Virus record (IMG/VR): IMGVR_UViG_2565956946_000004
Length of the DNA stretch: 64,000 bases
From: an uncultured virus (IMG/VR IMGVR_UViG_2565956946_000004)
Lineage: Duplodnaviria > Heunggongvirae > Uroviricota > Caudoviricetes
Reading direction: 5' to 3' (one strand)
In this document: positions 10,955 through 22,601 of the stretch, one piece after another
Position numbering within the stretch: the first letter of the stretch is position 1
Layout of the letters: each line of letters begins with the position of its first letter
Position numbers and translations under genes: made by a program
Notes under the pieces: model-generated
Seen by the model: the letters and a program-made list of their open reading frames with translations, nothing else
Told to the model about the DNA's origin: nothing
The model's database searches: none

Positions 10955-13900
10955 TCAAGCTATTAAAGATGTACATAAGGCCCCTAAAGTCATCGCAGGC
11001 GCAGGCGGTGGCGGTGGTGGCAAAGGGGGCAGTGAATCAGACGACGATCTTGAATCGAAATCGTTCCTGTCTTTGATTGATTTGCTCGGTGAGGGGCAAA
11101 TTGGTGGCTTGGTAGATGACAGCCCTAAGTCAATCTTCCTTAACGATACGCCTTTGGTGAACGCGGCAGGGGAGTACAACTTCCAAAACGTAACTTGGGC
11201 CATGCTTAAAGGAACCCAAGACCAGCCATCTTTAGGTGAAGGTTTCGACACTGTTGAGTCTTCTACTTCGGTTGGGCAGCTTATTACCCGCGATTCTCCT
11301 GCAACTTTCTCAATTACAGACCCAAATGCAGATAGAGCGCGTGTAATTATCTCTACACCATCTTTGATCAGTACAACCAGTCGTGGCGACATTGTTGGCT
11401 CATCAGTCGAGTACAAATTCTCTATCTCGCTGAATAACAGTCATTTTGTTGAGATCGGCAAAGGCAAAATCACAGGTAAGACACGCTCGCGTTATCAGCG
11501 TCAATACGAGTATGCGCTTCCAAAACAAACGGAAGACGGCACACGCGTAACAATGTGGACGATCAAGATTGAGCGCGTAAGTCCTGAGAGTAATGAATCA
11601 TCAACTTCAAACGATATTTACCTTGATAGTTATTCGGTAATTATCGGTTCGCGTTTGTCTTATCCAAACTCAGCCGTTTTTGGATTGAGTATTTCGTCAG
11701 AACAATTTCAAAGCATTCCAACCCGTTCTTACTTAGTTGACGGTTTACTCATTCGCGTTCCGTCTAACTATGACTACAAAACGCGTAAATACGAAGGTAC
11801 TTGGAACGGCACTTTCAAACTCGCTCCAAGCGATAACCCTGCATGGATTCTTTACGACGTTATTACCAACGAGCGTTATGGCTTAGGTCAATTTGTTGAC
11901 CCTGCATATGCAAACCCTGCTCGCTTATATGTGATTGGTCAATATTGTGACGAAATGGTCGATGATGGTTTTGGCGGAAAGGAACCACGTTTCACATTAA
12001 ATACCGTAATCAATAGCATTTCAGATGCTTATCAATTAATTAGCGACATCACTTCCGTATTCAACGGCATGGCCTACTGGTCTGGCTCTCAATTTGGCTA
12101 CATGTGCGACATGCCAACTCAGCCGACCATGCTTTACAACGCCTCAAACGTTGTTAATGGTGAGTTTGTTTATTCGGGCGCGTCTCGAAAAGACATGCAT
12201 TCAGTTGCTTTGATTACTTGGAACGACCCTGAACGCAACTATCAACGCGCCGTTGAATATGTTGAAGACCCTGAACTCATTCAACGTTACGGCGTGCGTA
12301 AAGCTGAAATTACATCATTCGGCTGTACATCACGCGGTCAGGCGCATCGTATCGGTAAATGGTTGCTTTATACAGAGCGTAACCAGTCACGCACCATTTC
12401 CTTCAAAGTTGGTGTTGATTCTTCCTTTGTGCTTCCGGGTGACGTTGTACAGATTGCAGACCCTAATCGCTCAGGCAAACGAATGGGCGGTCGTTTAATT
12501 GGCGCAACTGCAACTTCAGCAACTCTCGATTCTGAAATTATTCTCAACGAAAACTCATCAATCATGTTGCGCTTGGCGAGTGGTGATTTTGTCGAACGTA
12601 ACATCAAGACCATTGGCACTGACTTAGCAACAGGCAACTCGGTTATCAACTGGGATACTGCGCTTTCTACATTGCCAACGGATAACGCCGTTTGGATTGT
12701 TAAGTCTCCAGAGTTAGAGCCTCAACTTGCGCGTGTAGTTGCCATTGGTGACAGCGAGGATGCTCCGGGAACTTACACGATCACTACAATCGCTCACAAC
12801 CCAAGCAAATTCGACTTCATCGAAAGCAACATTCAGCTTGATAGTCCGAATGTGACAATCATTTCGCCGTCACTCATTGAGGCGACAAAGAATGTTGAAA
12901 TCATTGAAGAAGCACGTATCGAACAGGGTATTACGGTTCGAAACATGTCGATCAATTGGGAGCAAGTGCCGAACGCTGTTTCTTACGAAGTTAAGTATAA
13001 GAAAACCGAAGGTAACTGGTTCACACTTCCAATTACAAAAGGATTAAGCGTAGAGATTGAGAATGTCTACGAGGGTGAATATGTGGCTCAAGTAGTAGCT
13101 ATTTCGTCCACTGGCAGCCGTTCACCAGCAACCTACTCTATTCCTACAAAAGTTAATGGCCAAGCTTCGGTATTGCCAAAACTAGGCTTATTTAAAGCTA
13201 CGCCTGCAATGTTTGCCATTGACCTTGCATGGGAATACGCGCCGGGCACCAAAGGCGTTGATCACGTAGAGATTCAAATGAGCCTAGACAACTCATTAGA
13301 AGCTAACTTTGCTCTACTAGGCACATATCCAGACCCAATGAAAGCCCACCAAGTGACAGGTTTAAACCTGAGTGATACGCGTTGGTTCCGCGCTCGCTTA
13401 GTGGACAAATTCGGAATCTCTGGCGAATGGTCTGATGTTGTATCGGCTGCACCAGATATTGACCCGGATAAAGTACTTGAAGTTATTTCTGGGCATATTG
13501 ACGAAAGCGTTTTAGATACTGCCTTACAGGAAAAAATTGATACCTCTGAGCAAACTGCCAATGCCGCAAAAGATGCAGCGTCAGCAGCTCAAGGCGCAGC
13601 GTCGGCAGCGCAAAACGTAGCCAATGCCGCAAAAGATGCAGCGGCTACCGCTAAGAACACGGCAAATTTAGCGCAAAACGTAGCCAAAGAGGCTCAAAGC
13701 ACTGCCGCGACCGCTCAAAACCAAGCAAATGCCGCTAAGACCGCCGCAGATCAAGCCGTTGCCGCATCAAACCAAGCCAAAGACACAGCAGATAAGGCCA
13801 CTTCAGCTGCAACTACTGCGCAAACGATGGCGAACAGCGCTTCTACAGCGGCAGCGAAAGCCAATACAGCCGCAACGAACGCACAAACAACCGCGAATAA

Positions 13901-16900
13901 TGCAGCGTCCGCAGCGTCAAAAGTTGCCAGCGATTTAACAACCTCAACAAATCAGTTGAACCAAAAAATCGCCGATGAAGCAGATGCACGCACAGTGGCA
14001 ATTTCTAATCTGAAAGACGGTCTCACGACAGAAACAACTCAACGCAAGTCAGAAGACGCTGCGTTGTTAAGCAACATTGAGACGTTCAAATCAAGCACTA
14101 AAGGCTCGTTATCTAGCTTGCAAGAGCAGATCACAACGAACGCCACGAATACAGATGCCAATGCTCAGAAAATCACGTCGCTTGATTCCCGTTTGACCAC
14201 AAACGAGGGCAAAACCGCCGAAGCGATTAATTCTGCTGCTACAGCTCAACAAACCGCAAGTACAGCGGTAGACAAGGCTAACGCTGCCGCAAACTCCGTT
14301 ACAGCTCTTAAATCAGAATTAAGCAGCGGAAAAGGCATTAATAACATTGTTGCGCCCTTCTCGGACCCACAAGAACTTCCAGCTCTAGGTGGAGCAGGTC
14401 GTACCGTAGCTTTAGTGGACTCTGCGTTACGTCGAAACGGTAAGGCTTACAAAGTGTCATTCACGGCGGCGGCTCATTATGTGTATTTCGGCACCGCTCA
14501 GGCCGCTCTAGCGCCATCACAAATGGCGATGCAAGTTGAGGCGGGGCGCGCTTATACATTTAGCGCTTGGTTGAAGGCTTTATCAACGGCCGTTCCATCA
14601 TTCCGTTTCAACATCATGTGGTTTATTCGTGACCCTAGCACTGGAAACATCACAACAAATGCCGGAATCATTTTTCCACAAGGTCAAACAGATTCTTACG
14701 TTGCTCCAAACGCTAACGGTCAACGTTATTCCTTTAAACCAGTCAACTCACCTGCAAACACAATCGGCGCAACCGTCTATGTTGTAGGCAACCCTTCGGG
14801 GCCTTCTGCCGGCGAATACCTCATCGATATGTTGATGCTAGAAGAGTCTGTCGGTTCCGAAAAGCCTGCTTCTACGTGGACGGCGGGTCCTGCTGATCTA
14901 AATGCGATTAAGAATGCCTTAGATACAAACGCTGTAGCAATCAACAACCTAACTACACGCGTTTCGAACGACGAGGGGAAAATTACATCTCAGGGCAATT
15001 CGATCACGCAACTAAACAACAGCATTAATACGATTAATGGAACCCTTTCAAACAAAGCGGATGCTACGGCTTTAAATGCATTAACAACTCGCGTTTCTAA
15101 TGCTGAGGGGCAAATTTCATCACAAGGGTCGTCAATTGTCTCTCTTCAAAACGATCTAGCATCTACCAACAAAGCCGTTTCAACCAAAGCTGACTCAAGC
15201 GCTCTCAATTCTTTGGATTCAAAAGTATCAGAAATTGATGGTCGAGTAACAAGTACTGCCAATGCCGTTACCTCGCTTCAGGGCAGTGTTTCCAGCATTG
15301 AGAAGGGGCTTTCAACTAAAGCTGACGCGTCTGCATTAAACAACTACTACACAAAAACTGAGGCTGATTCTGCCGCCTCTGGCGCAATCGACAAGTTCAA
15401 CAGTCAATTGACGATTGGTGGTGTAAACGTTGTTGCGAACTCCGAAGCTCCTCGCACTTCAACTGCCGCAACGAATCGCGAATATTTACTGTATGAACGT
15501 AGCGCCGAATTAAAAGCGTTCTATGACGAAAACCTTGAGAAGCCAATCACGATTTCGTTTGAAATGAGCGTTCCTGTGGCTGGACCGGTTCAAGTTTATT
15601 CGTCAAATGGTTCTGCTCACCAATTCGTTACTTCCGTTAATGCAATTATCGTAAATCAATTTGCCAAATATTCAGTAACAGTTAGTCCAAAAGCGCATAC
15701 GGCAAGTACAACTGTTTCGACAATTGAGTTCTATGGAACGTATGGAACTGGCCGTATCCCGACGATTCGTAAATTACACATTGAAGCGGGCACAAAGGCT
15801 ACCGCTTGGAGTCCAAGCCCTCGTGATACAAAGGCTGCAATTGACGCCAATGCTTCTGCAATTCAAACGACCCAAACAAAAGTTGACAATATCGATGGTC
15901 GGCTAACCACTGCTACAGATTCGATTACGTCACTAAATTCGCGCATGTCTACAGCCGAAGGAAATATCAACAGCACAAATACTGCGGTTGGTGGACTTTC
16001 GACACGCATGGCAACCGCTGAGGGCAAGATCACCAATCAAAGTGATTCAATTGCATCGCTACAAAATAGCGTCACCTCAATCAATGGAACACTGGCAAAC
16101 AAAGCCGATTCAAGCGCGGTCAATAACCTAACTAGCCGAGTGGAAACAGCCGAAGGCAAGATTTCAAGTCAAAGCGGGCAGATTACTTCGCTTAGCAATA
16201 GCCTTGATCTAACAAACAGTAACTTGAACGACGTAAACGTTCTGGCTCGACTGTTATCTCTTGGCAAGCCTTTACGTGACGACCCAACTTTTAAAACTAC
16301 CTCTGCGGGCGGGTTGTCTGCATACAGTTTCCCTGCGGGCACCTCATGGATTAAGCAAGCCAAGTCAACGGACAACCCAACTGGCTCAACTAATGAAATG
16401 CTGATCAAAGCGACTCAAGCTTTGGGCGGTGGCTGGTATCCAACTGCACCTACGCTTGTACTCACTGCAAATAAAACCTTCTTAATTAAACAAATTATTA
16501 AGATGCCAGTGGGTACAAAATTACAAGCCATCGGTAATGCTACGGGTACGGGTGGATACATCCGAATCTTGGGTAATGATCTAGGAACTGGCAAATTTGA
16601 AACGTACTACTCTGTCGTACAAGGTGGGGCTGATTTAAGTGGCTCTACTATTCAAGGTCATTTCCGCGTAATTGCCGGTACTAACCCGCCAGTACCAACG
16701 GTTGATAATCCAGTCTTTGTCATTCTTGCTTCTTATGAAGTATTTGATGTAACGGCTGTGAACGACACCATTCCAAAGGCTTATAGCGATGCTATTGCAG
16801 CCAATGCGAATGCGATTAACACCCTATCAAATACAGTCAGCCAGCAGGGTAATACCATTACTTCCCATAGTAATTCTATTACCCAACTCAACAACAGCAT

Positions 16901-19900
16901 TTCAAGCATTAATGGCGCACTTTCGAGTAAAGCGGATACGAGCGCATTACAGTCGCTTGATTCAAAAGTAACCCTAATCGACGGCAAAGTTACATCTAAC
17001 TCTTCTGCATTAACCACATTACAAAGCAGCTTTGATGGGTTGCCGAATCAGGGCGTGAACTTGCTTGGCCCTGAGATTTCAAATCCAGTAGAAAAGCCAA
17101 CCAACTGGACGTCTGGATTGCCATTTGAAATCATCCAATCGCCAGATACGGTAAATGTACGCGCGTTCCAATTCACGATGCCTGCTTCTTCAAGGAACGG
17201 CACATACTTCAACATTGGAGGCGGCCAAGTTCCGCGACAGTGGCTAACAGAAGGTACATACATTTTTAGTTTTGTTGCCAAAACTGTTGGCGGAACCCCA
17301 CCGCATGCTATTGAGTGGCAACTCTACAATGTAGATAGTACACGCCTGCGCTTTAATATTACCGCAACATTAACCCGCTATAGCGGGGTGTTCACGGTGC
17401 CCGCTGGTGGTGCCGCTGCATGTATGCTGTTAATCGGAAACCCTACAGGCAAACCTGCGGGACAAGTTATCAATATCGAAAGAATGATGCTTGAACGGCA
17501 AGTTGGCAACAACACAACCCCTTCGGCTTGGATTGCAGGTAGCGACCCAACCGGAATGATTCTTTCAACGCAAGCCAAGGCGACTGATTTATTCAACACA
17601 GCCACTAGCCAAAACGCCGCGACTGCGGGACGCGTCACTAGCCTCGAAAGTCGCATGACGACCACAGAAGGCAATTTAAACAAAAAAGCTGATGCTTCTG
17701 CGCTTCAAAACCTCGACACGAAAGTTACGAATGTCGATGGCAAAGTAACGTCAAATACCAATGCCATTACAGCTTTAAGTTCAACTTTAAGCAACGCTAC
17801 TTCAAGCATTTCAATGAATGCGGGTAATGCACAGGGCGATTGGACATTCTTTAATACGTCAGGCGAATACTCAATTGTTGCACAAGCGGATGGCCAAGCG
17901 GGTCGTGTTATTCAACTTGGAAATAATGCTGGCAATGATATTGTTTGGATGCATCCGAATAACTTCATTCCTTTTGATGCAACTAAGACATATCGACTTC
18001 GTGCGCGGTATCGCCGTCGTGCCGGAACAGGCACAATTTACCTCGGTGTCTCTCAGAAAACCCCAGACAAGGCACTATACGTAACAACAGCCAACGCATT
18101 ATCGGGCGATATGGGGTCTTCTAACTATGTTGTTAATGCGCACGCACCTGCGATCGATGAATGGCAAGAAATCGTTGCGTATATCAAAGGTCGATCAGCA
18201 GGAGCAGCATCGGGTTCAGGCTCAAAAACAAGCCCACGTACTGTTTCACAACAAGCAGGCTTCATCACGCCGATGTTTATTGCAAACTATTCGGCGCAAA
18301 CGGGCATTGTTGAGCTTGATTACCTAATTCTGGAAGATGCAGAGGCAATTGTTGGCAATGATGCAAATGCATCAGCGATTAGCGCTCTTGATACCAAAGT
18401 ATCAGAAGTTGATGGACGCTTAACGACAGCAACAAATTCAATCACTTCGCTTAACTCTCGTATGAGTGCAGCAGAAGGGAATATCTCAGCGGCAAACTCG
18501 GCTCTAAGCGGTCTTTCAACGAGAATGACGGCTGCTGAAAATGGTTTAACCAATCAAAGTAATGCGATTACTAATTTAAGTAACAGCTTAACGGTTACAA
18601 CCAATACAGCGAACGCTGCATTGCCAAAGATTCAGGGCGGCACTGGCGCAGCTAAGTTATTTAGAGGCGTGCTGGTGTGGCAACAAAACGGCGCAAATCT
18701 AACTGGCAATATCGTAATCCAAACGCCAATTACGTTCACAAATAAAATGTTCCGACTTTCACTTACTGGCTATAACTACTTGGCCGCTAAGAATGAAATT
18801 AATCTGAACATTGGGGGTTATGCATATTCGGGCACCTCTCTACTTCAACATGGTGTAGTGAATTCGGGCACCATGCCAATTCGAGTTCGCATGGGCGTCC
18901 GTAATGGCACAGTAGTCATTATTTTGACGTCCCAAGCGCCCGGTGCTTATTGGCAGTATCCAAAATTCAACATTGATGCCGAAATCGGCTATACAACTCC
19001 GCCAGACGAATGGATGAATGGTTGGTCTGCAAGCTTCATGGCAGAGGCAGACCTCGCATCTAATGGCATTTCGGCGATCATTGAGCCGTCTTTATTAGAC
19101 ATTTCAACAACGCTTAATGCCACTGCATCTGCAATTAGCAATCTGACAAATACTGTGTCTCAACAGGGTAATACAATTACTTCACAAAGTAATTCTATTA
19201 CCACCTTAACCAACAAGATTACTAACAACGATTTATCGAATCTTGTTCTTAATCCTGATTTCGTAGACCCGAAAAGCGATTGGACATCTGGCGTAATTGT
19301 TGATGCGACTGACGCAGCACCTAACCCGCCTTCTCCAAAAGCATTAAGACTGAATAACCGCGATAGTTATTACGGTCCTTTCGTCAAATGTAATGTTGGC
19401 GACATGTTCTATGTTTCGGCTTGGTTTGCGACGCCAAATACATCAGTAATCGCTTCTGCTGTACTTGGTTTCAATACTCGAAACAGTGCAGGTACTTATA
19501 CTTGGTATAGTGTTGCCGTCAAGTCTACAGATAAAAATGCTTGGGGTATGGTGGAAGGTTATTTCACTGTGCCAAATGGCATGGTTGAAATTCGACCTTG
19601 GCTTCAAGTAAGTATTGCTGCGTCAGAGGCAGCGGGGCAGCAATGGCATGTTACGAACATTCAAGTACGTAACATTACAGGTAATAAGAAATTAGCAACC
19701 GACTTGCAAGCAACCTCGTCTGCATTAAGTACGCTTGATTCCAAAGTTACAAATATTGACGGCCGTGTAACTTCCGCATCTAACAATATTGTTTCGCTCA
19801 ACAATAGCGTCACAAACATCAATGCCACCCTTGCTCAAAAGGCAGATGCGACAGCGTTAAATTCGCTCTCTAACCGCGTAACAAATGCAGAAGGAAATAT

Positions 19901-22601
19901 CACAAGCCAAGGTAACTCAATTACCTCATTGACTAACTCATTAGCAGTTAGCGGAAAAGGTGGAACTAACCTTCTCATTAAATCAAATGTAGTTGGCTTG
20001 TATGATGGCGTCTCATACCCACACCACACTTACAAACTAGGTGAAGATTGGGAAATTGGCGCTAAATACACCTTGATCTGGTGCGCTGAACATAAACGAG
20101 GGACTGGCGATAACAACTCTTACCTAGCGGTTTACGCGGGTGGTGGTAGCCAGACTTTGCAATCTATTGTTAATACAGACGGTAAGGTTATCAGCAAAGT
20201 TACCTTTGTTAAAAACAGCGCAGTTGCCTCTGGTCCAATTATCCACTTCTACATGATCAACCGTCCGACCGCAGATAAGGGCACTATCGGTACTGTTTAT
20301 TGGGCAGTTTTAGTCAAAGGCGATGTACTCACGACTGACGCTTGGATTCCAAGCCCATATGATTACATTCCTGATAGCAATGCAAATGCCGCTGCTATCG
20401 CAAATCTTACTAATACAGTAAGTCAGCAAGGCAATACTATTACATCAAATAGCAGCAGCATTACCTCGCTCACTAATCAAATCGGTAATACGAAGTCATA
20501 TTCGCTGGTGACTTTCCGTAACGGCTCTGCCGTTGGCATGCCAAAGGCGGCTGGCGTCTACACTGGAAACAATACGCGATTATATGGATTTGGGCGCGGT
20601 TTAAATCTCATTGTGTTTAAAAATGGGGATGTTGAAAGCTGTACGCAATATGACACCTATGGCGACATCGTATCTGCATGTAACGCCATCTATGCCGCTA
20701 TCAAGGCGCTTGCATCGGGAACTTACTTTGCAATCGTGGGTACAGATAACATTGGCTCAGTTGGAAATTCAAACCCAAATACTGATTTACGTGCGCTTTT
20801 ACTTGCTTCTGGTGCTGGCGACACATATTTCAGATCTTGGAACTGGAATGCTCTTCCTATTTTTGTAGGACGCAAAGACCTAGATGCAGGCAATGGTATT
20901 CTCGGTATGTTTGATTCGACTGTTCCTAATCAGTGGATTGAATACCCGCTTAGTTTTGTGAATGGTGTACCTGTAGGTTTAGGTGACTCCCGAACTTTAA
21001 CCACTCAACTGGATGCAAATGCTTCTGCCATTTCGTCATTGTCGAACACAGTGACTCAACAAGGTAAGGATATTGCTTCACATAGCAGTAGTATTACCTC
21101 GCTAAACAATAGCATCACCAATATTAACGGCACGTTAGCAACAAAAGCAGATAGTTCGGCTCTAACAAACCTCGCCAACCGCGTAACTACAACCGAAGGT
21201 GCAATTACCTCTCAAGGCTCAAGTATTACTTCGCTGAATGCATCTGTGAATGGCTTATTAAAGGATGTTGCAGTATCCGATACTCGATCTACTAATCAGC
21301 CTCCATCGTGGTATTGGTCAAACTATCCATTGCGTATCGTTCGCGAGTTCAAGCAAGCCTCTGTGCTAGGTTTGACTGGCATGGGTACATATGTCTCCCT
21401 TGAAACATACGTTTATTGGACTGACGCATCTGGTGGTCCGATCATCCAGATTGCACGAGGTACAGATTCGAAACTTACTGCTGAACGCCGTAGCACCAGT
21501 ACATCAACTTGGGGCTCATGGACTCAGGACATCAAAACCCTTAGCGACGGGCTTGCCAATAAAGCTGAAGCATCGGCGGTAAATACGTTAGACGCCAAAG
21601 TTTCAACCATTGATGGCAAAGTTTCAACTCAAGCCAGCAATATTGTTAGTTTACAAACTGCTGTCGGTGGAAACACAAGTGCTATCTCTGAGCAGTCAAA
21701 ATCAATTGATGGCATTAGAAACATCAAGACGATTACGATTGACAATAACGGTGTAATGTCAGGCTATGGCTTAATCTCTGACCTAGTTAATGGTAAAGTG
21801 ACTTCCACTTTTGGCGTCAATGCAGACAACTTCTACATTGGCCCTCCAAGTGGTGGCAAAAAGCCATTCCTGGTCACAACAACCAACACAACCGTTAATG
21901 GTGTGACTTACCCGCCGGGTACTTGGATTGATACCGCATACATTGCTACGGCATCTATCAAGAGCGCGCACATCCAAGATGCAGCAATTACTACTGCAAA
22001 AATTGCTGATGCGGCAATTGATACCGCAAAAATCAAAGATGCGGCTATCACAAACGCCAAAATTGCCGATTTAACGGTCGATACGATCAAAATCAAAGAC
22101 AATGCAATTACGGTGGCAACTGTTGCTGAAAATACACAAGCCAGCAAGATCTTAACGCCTAGTAGTTCAACCTTTGATGCCTGTCAGGTTACGGTAGTCA
22201 CTTCGGGTACAAACTTTGTGAAAATTGATGTTTCGCCATTTTTGTACGCTTGGAATAAATATTCCAGCCCACAAATCTACCTAGATATTTACCGTGATGA
22301 CACCTTGATTAAAACCTTCAACTTGCCGTGGATTCAAAGCACTGAAGTATTCAAGGATAGATCTTGGACAGAAGGTGGTTCTTATGATGTTCTTTACAAT
22401 ATTGTCGTATACACCATGAACACAATGGCTGGTTCGATGTTTACGACATTAGACAGACCTGCGGCTGGCACACACGTCTACAAGGCAACGCTCAGAAGAA
22501 CGACCAACTGGGGACGGGATAACGCAATGGACATGGCGCGTCGATACAACGAGATTGAGTTTACAAACGCTCTTATTTTAATCACGGAGGTTAAAAAATA
22601 A
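10923..22601 (+). CDS. Giant gpJ-like host-specificity/central tail fibre protein (3892 aa)
   Basis: gpJ N-terminal motifs (EGQIGGL, SDNPAWILYD, GCTSRGQAHRIGKW), FN3-like segments, repeated coiled-coil spacers with inserted globular domains, DUF1983-like FGVNADNF and ITTAKIADAAI repeats. Confidence 0.92.
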   Translation: MEAVTNLQTINQAIKDVHKAPKVIAGAGGGGGGKGGSESDDDLESKSFLSLIDLLGEGQIGGLVDDSPKSIFLNDTPLVNAAGEYNFQNVTWAMLKGTQDQPSLGEGFDTVESSTSVGQLITRDSPATFSITDPNADRARVIISTPSLISTTSRGDIVGSSVEYKFSISLNNSHFVEIGKGKITGKTRSRYQRQYEYALPKQTEDGTRVTMWTIKIERVSPESNESSTSNDIYLDSYSVIIGSRLSYPNSAVFGLSISSEQFQSIPTRSYLVDGLLIRVPSNYDYKTRKYEGTWNGTFKLAPSDNPAWILYDVITNERYGLGQFVDPAYANPARLYVIGQYCDEMVDDGFGGKEPRFTLNTVINSISDAYQLISDITSVFNGMAYWSGSQFGYMCDMPTQPTMLYNASNVVNGEFVYSGASRKDMHSVALITWNDPERNYQRAVEYVEDPELIQRYGVRKAEITSFGCTSRGQAHRIGKWLLYTERNQSRTISFKVGVDSSFVLPGDVVQIADPNRSGKRMGGRLIGATATSATLDSEIILNENSSIMLRLASGDFVERNIKTIGTDLATGNSVINWDTALSTLPTDNAVWIVKSPELEPQLARVVAIGDSEDAPGTYTITTIAHNPSKFDFIESNIQLDSPNVTIISPSLIEATKNVEIIEEARIEQGITVRNMSINWEQVPNAVSYEVKYKKTEGNWFTLPITKGLSVEIENVYEGEYVAQVVAISSTGSRSPATYSIPTKVNGQASVLPKLGLFKATPAMFAIDLAWEYAPGTKGVDHVEIQMSLDNSLEANFALLGTYPDPMKAHQVTGLNLSDTRWFRARLVDKFGISGEWSDVVSAAPDIDPDKVLEVISGHIDESVLDTALQEKIDTSEQTANAAKDAASAAQGAASAAQNVANAAKDAAATAKNTANLAQNVAKEAQSTAATAQNQANAAKTAADQAVAASNQAKDTADKATSAATTAQTMANSASTAAAKANTAATNAQTTANNAASAASKVASDLTTSTNQLNQKIADEADARTVAISNLKDGLTTETTQRKSEDAALLSNIETFKSSTKGSLSSLQEQITTNATNTDANAQKITSLDSRLTTNEGKTAEAINSAATAQQTASTAVDKANAAANSVTALKSELSSGKGINNIVAPFSDPQELPALGGAGRTVALVDSALRRNGKAYKVSFTAAAHYVYFGTAQAALAPSQMAMQVEAGRAYTFSAWLKALSTAVPSFRFNIMWFIRDPSTGNITTNAGIIFPQGQTDSYVAPNANGQRYSFKPVNSPANTIGATVYVVGNPSGPSAGEYLIDMLMLEESVGSEKPASTWTAGPADLNAIKNALDTNAVAINNLTTRVSNDEGKITSQGNSITQLNNSINTINGTLSNKADATALNALTTRVSNAEGQISSQGSSIVSLQNDLASTNKAVSTKADSSALNSLDSKVSEIDGRVTSTANAVTSLQGSVSSIEKGLSTKADASALNNYYTKTEADSAASGAIDKFNSQLTIGGVNVVANSEAPRTSTAATNREYLLYERSAELKAFYDENLEKPITISFEMSVPVAGPVQVYSSNGSAHQFVTSVNAIIVNQFAKYSVTVSPKAHTASTTVSTIEFYGTYGTGRIPTIRKLHIEAGTKATAWSPSPRDTKAAIDANASAIQTTQTKVDNIDGRLTTATDSITSLNSRMSTAEGNINSTNTAVGGLSTRMATAEGKITNQSDSIASLQNSVTSINGTLANKADSSAVNNLTSRVETAEGKISSQSGQITSLSNSLDLTNSNLNDVNVLARLLSLGKPLRDDPTFKTTSAGGLSAYSFPAGTSWIKQAKSTDNPTGSTNEMLIKATQALGGGWYPTAPTLVLTANKTFLIKQIIKMPVGTKLQAIGNATGTGGYIRILGNDLGTGKFETYYSVVQGGADLSGSTIQGHFRVIAGTNPPVPTVDNPVFVILASYEVFDVTAVNDTIPKAYSDAIAANANAINTLSNTVSQQGNTITSHSNSITQLNNSISSINGALSSKADTSALQSLDSKVTLIDGKVTSNSSALTTLQSSFDGLPNQGVNLLGPEISNPVEKPTNWTSGLPFEIIQSPDTVNVRAFQFTMPASSRNGTYFNIGGGQVPRQWLTEGTYIFSFVAKTVGGTPPHAIEWQLYNVDSTRLRFNITATLTRYSGVFTVPAGGAAACMLLIGNPTGKPAGQVINIERMMLERQVGNNTTPSAWIAGSDPTGMILSTQAKATDLFNTATSQNAATAGRVTSLESRMTTTEGNLNKKADASALQNLDTKVTNVDGKVTSNTNAITALSSTLSNATSSISMNAGNAQGDWTFFNTSGEYSIVAQADGQAGRVIQLGNNAGNDIVWMHPNNFIPFDATKTYRLRARYRRRAGTGTIYLGVSQKTPDKALYVTTANALSGDMGSSNYVVNAHAPAIDEWQEIVAYIKGRSAGAASGSGSKTSPRTVSQQAGFITPMFIANYSAQTGIVELDYLILEDAEAIVGNDANASAISALDTKVSEVDGRLTTATNSITSLNSRMSAAEGNISAANSALSGLSTRMTAAENGLTNQSNAITNLSNSLTVTTNTANAALPKIQGGTGAAKLFRGVLVWQQNGANLTGNIVIQTPITFTNKMFRLSLTGYNYLAAKNEINLNIGGYAYSGTSLLQHGVVNSGTMPIRVRMGVRNGTVVIILTSQAPGAYWQYPKFNIDAEIGYTTPPDEWMNGWSASFMAEADLASNGISAIIEPSLLDISTTLNATASAISNLTNTVSQQGNTITSQSNSITTLTNKITNNDLSNLVLNPDFVDPKSDWTSGVIVDATDAAPNPPSPKALRLNNRDSYYGPFVKCNVGDMFYVSAWFATPNTSVIASAVLGFNTRNSAGTYTWYSVAVKSTDKNAWGMVEGYFTVPNGMVEIRPWLQVSIAASEAAGQQWHVTNIQVRNITGNKKLATDLQATSSALSTLDSKVTNIDGRVTSASNNIVSLNNSVTNINATLAQKADATALNSLSNRVTNAEGNITSQGNSITSLTNSLAVSGKGGTNLLIKSNVVGLYDGVSYPHHTYKLGEDWEIGAKYTLIWCAEHKRGTGDNNSYLAVYAGGGSQTLQSIVNTDGKVISKVTFVKNSAVASGPIIHFYMINRPTADKGTIGTVYWAVLVKGDVLTTDAWIPSPYDYIPDSNANAAAIANLTNTVSQQGNTITSNSSSITSLTNQIGNTKSYSLVTFRNGSAVGMPKAAGVYTGNNTRLYGFGRGLNLIVFKNGDVESCTQYDTYGDIVSACNAIYAAIKALASGTYFAIVGTDNIGSVGNSNPNTDLRALLLASGAGDTYFRSWNWNALPIFVGRKDLDAGNGILGMFDSTVPNQWIEYPLSFVNGVPVGLGDSRTLTTQLDANASAISSLSNTVTQQGKDIASHSSSITSLNNSITNINGTLATKADSSALTNLANRVTTTEGAITSQGSSITSLNASVNGLLKDVAVSDTRSTNQPPSWYWSNYPLRIVREFKQASVLGLTGMGTYVSLETYVYWTDASGGPIIQIARGTDSKLTAERRSTSTSTWGSWTQDIKTLSDGLANKAEASAVNTLDAKVSTIDGKVSTQASNIVSLQTAVGGNTSAISEQSKSIDGIRNIKTITIDNNGVMSGYGLISDLVNGKVTSTFGVNADNFYIGPPSGGKKPFLVTTTNTTVNGVTYPPGTWIDTAYIATASIKSAHIQDAAITTAKIADAAIDTAKIKDAAITNAKIADLTVDTIKIKDNAITVATVAENTQASKILTPSSSTFDACQVTVVTSGTNFVKIDVSPFLYAWNKYSSPQIYLDIYRDDTLIKTFNLPWIQSTEVFKDRSWTEGGSYDVLYNIVVYTMNTMAGSMFTTLDRPAAGTHVYKATLRRTTNWGRDNAMDMARRYNEIEFTNALILITEVKK

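Noticed and set aside
21508..21522. WGSW inside the tail fibre as another copy of the C-terminal tag
   Set aside because: Internal rather than terminal, and W-x-x-W is typical at the end of pyocin-knob-like fibre domains
13550..22100. Diversity-generating retroelement or shufflon acting on the tail fibre
   Set aside because: No reverse transcriptase, no template/variable repeat pair and no inverted alternative C-termini seen; repeats are protein-level spacers
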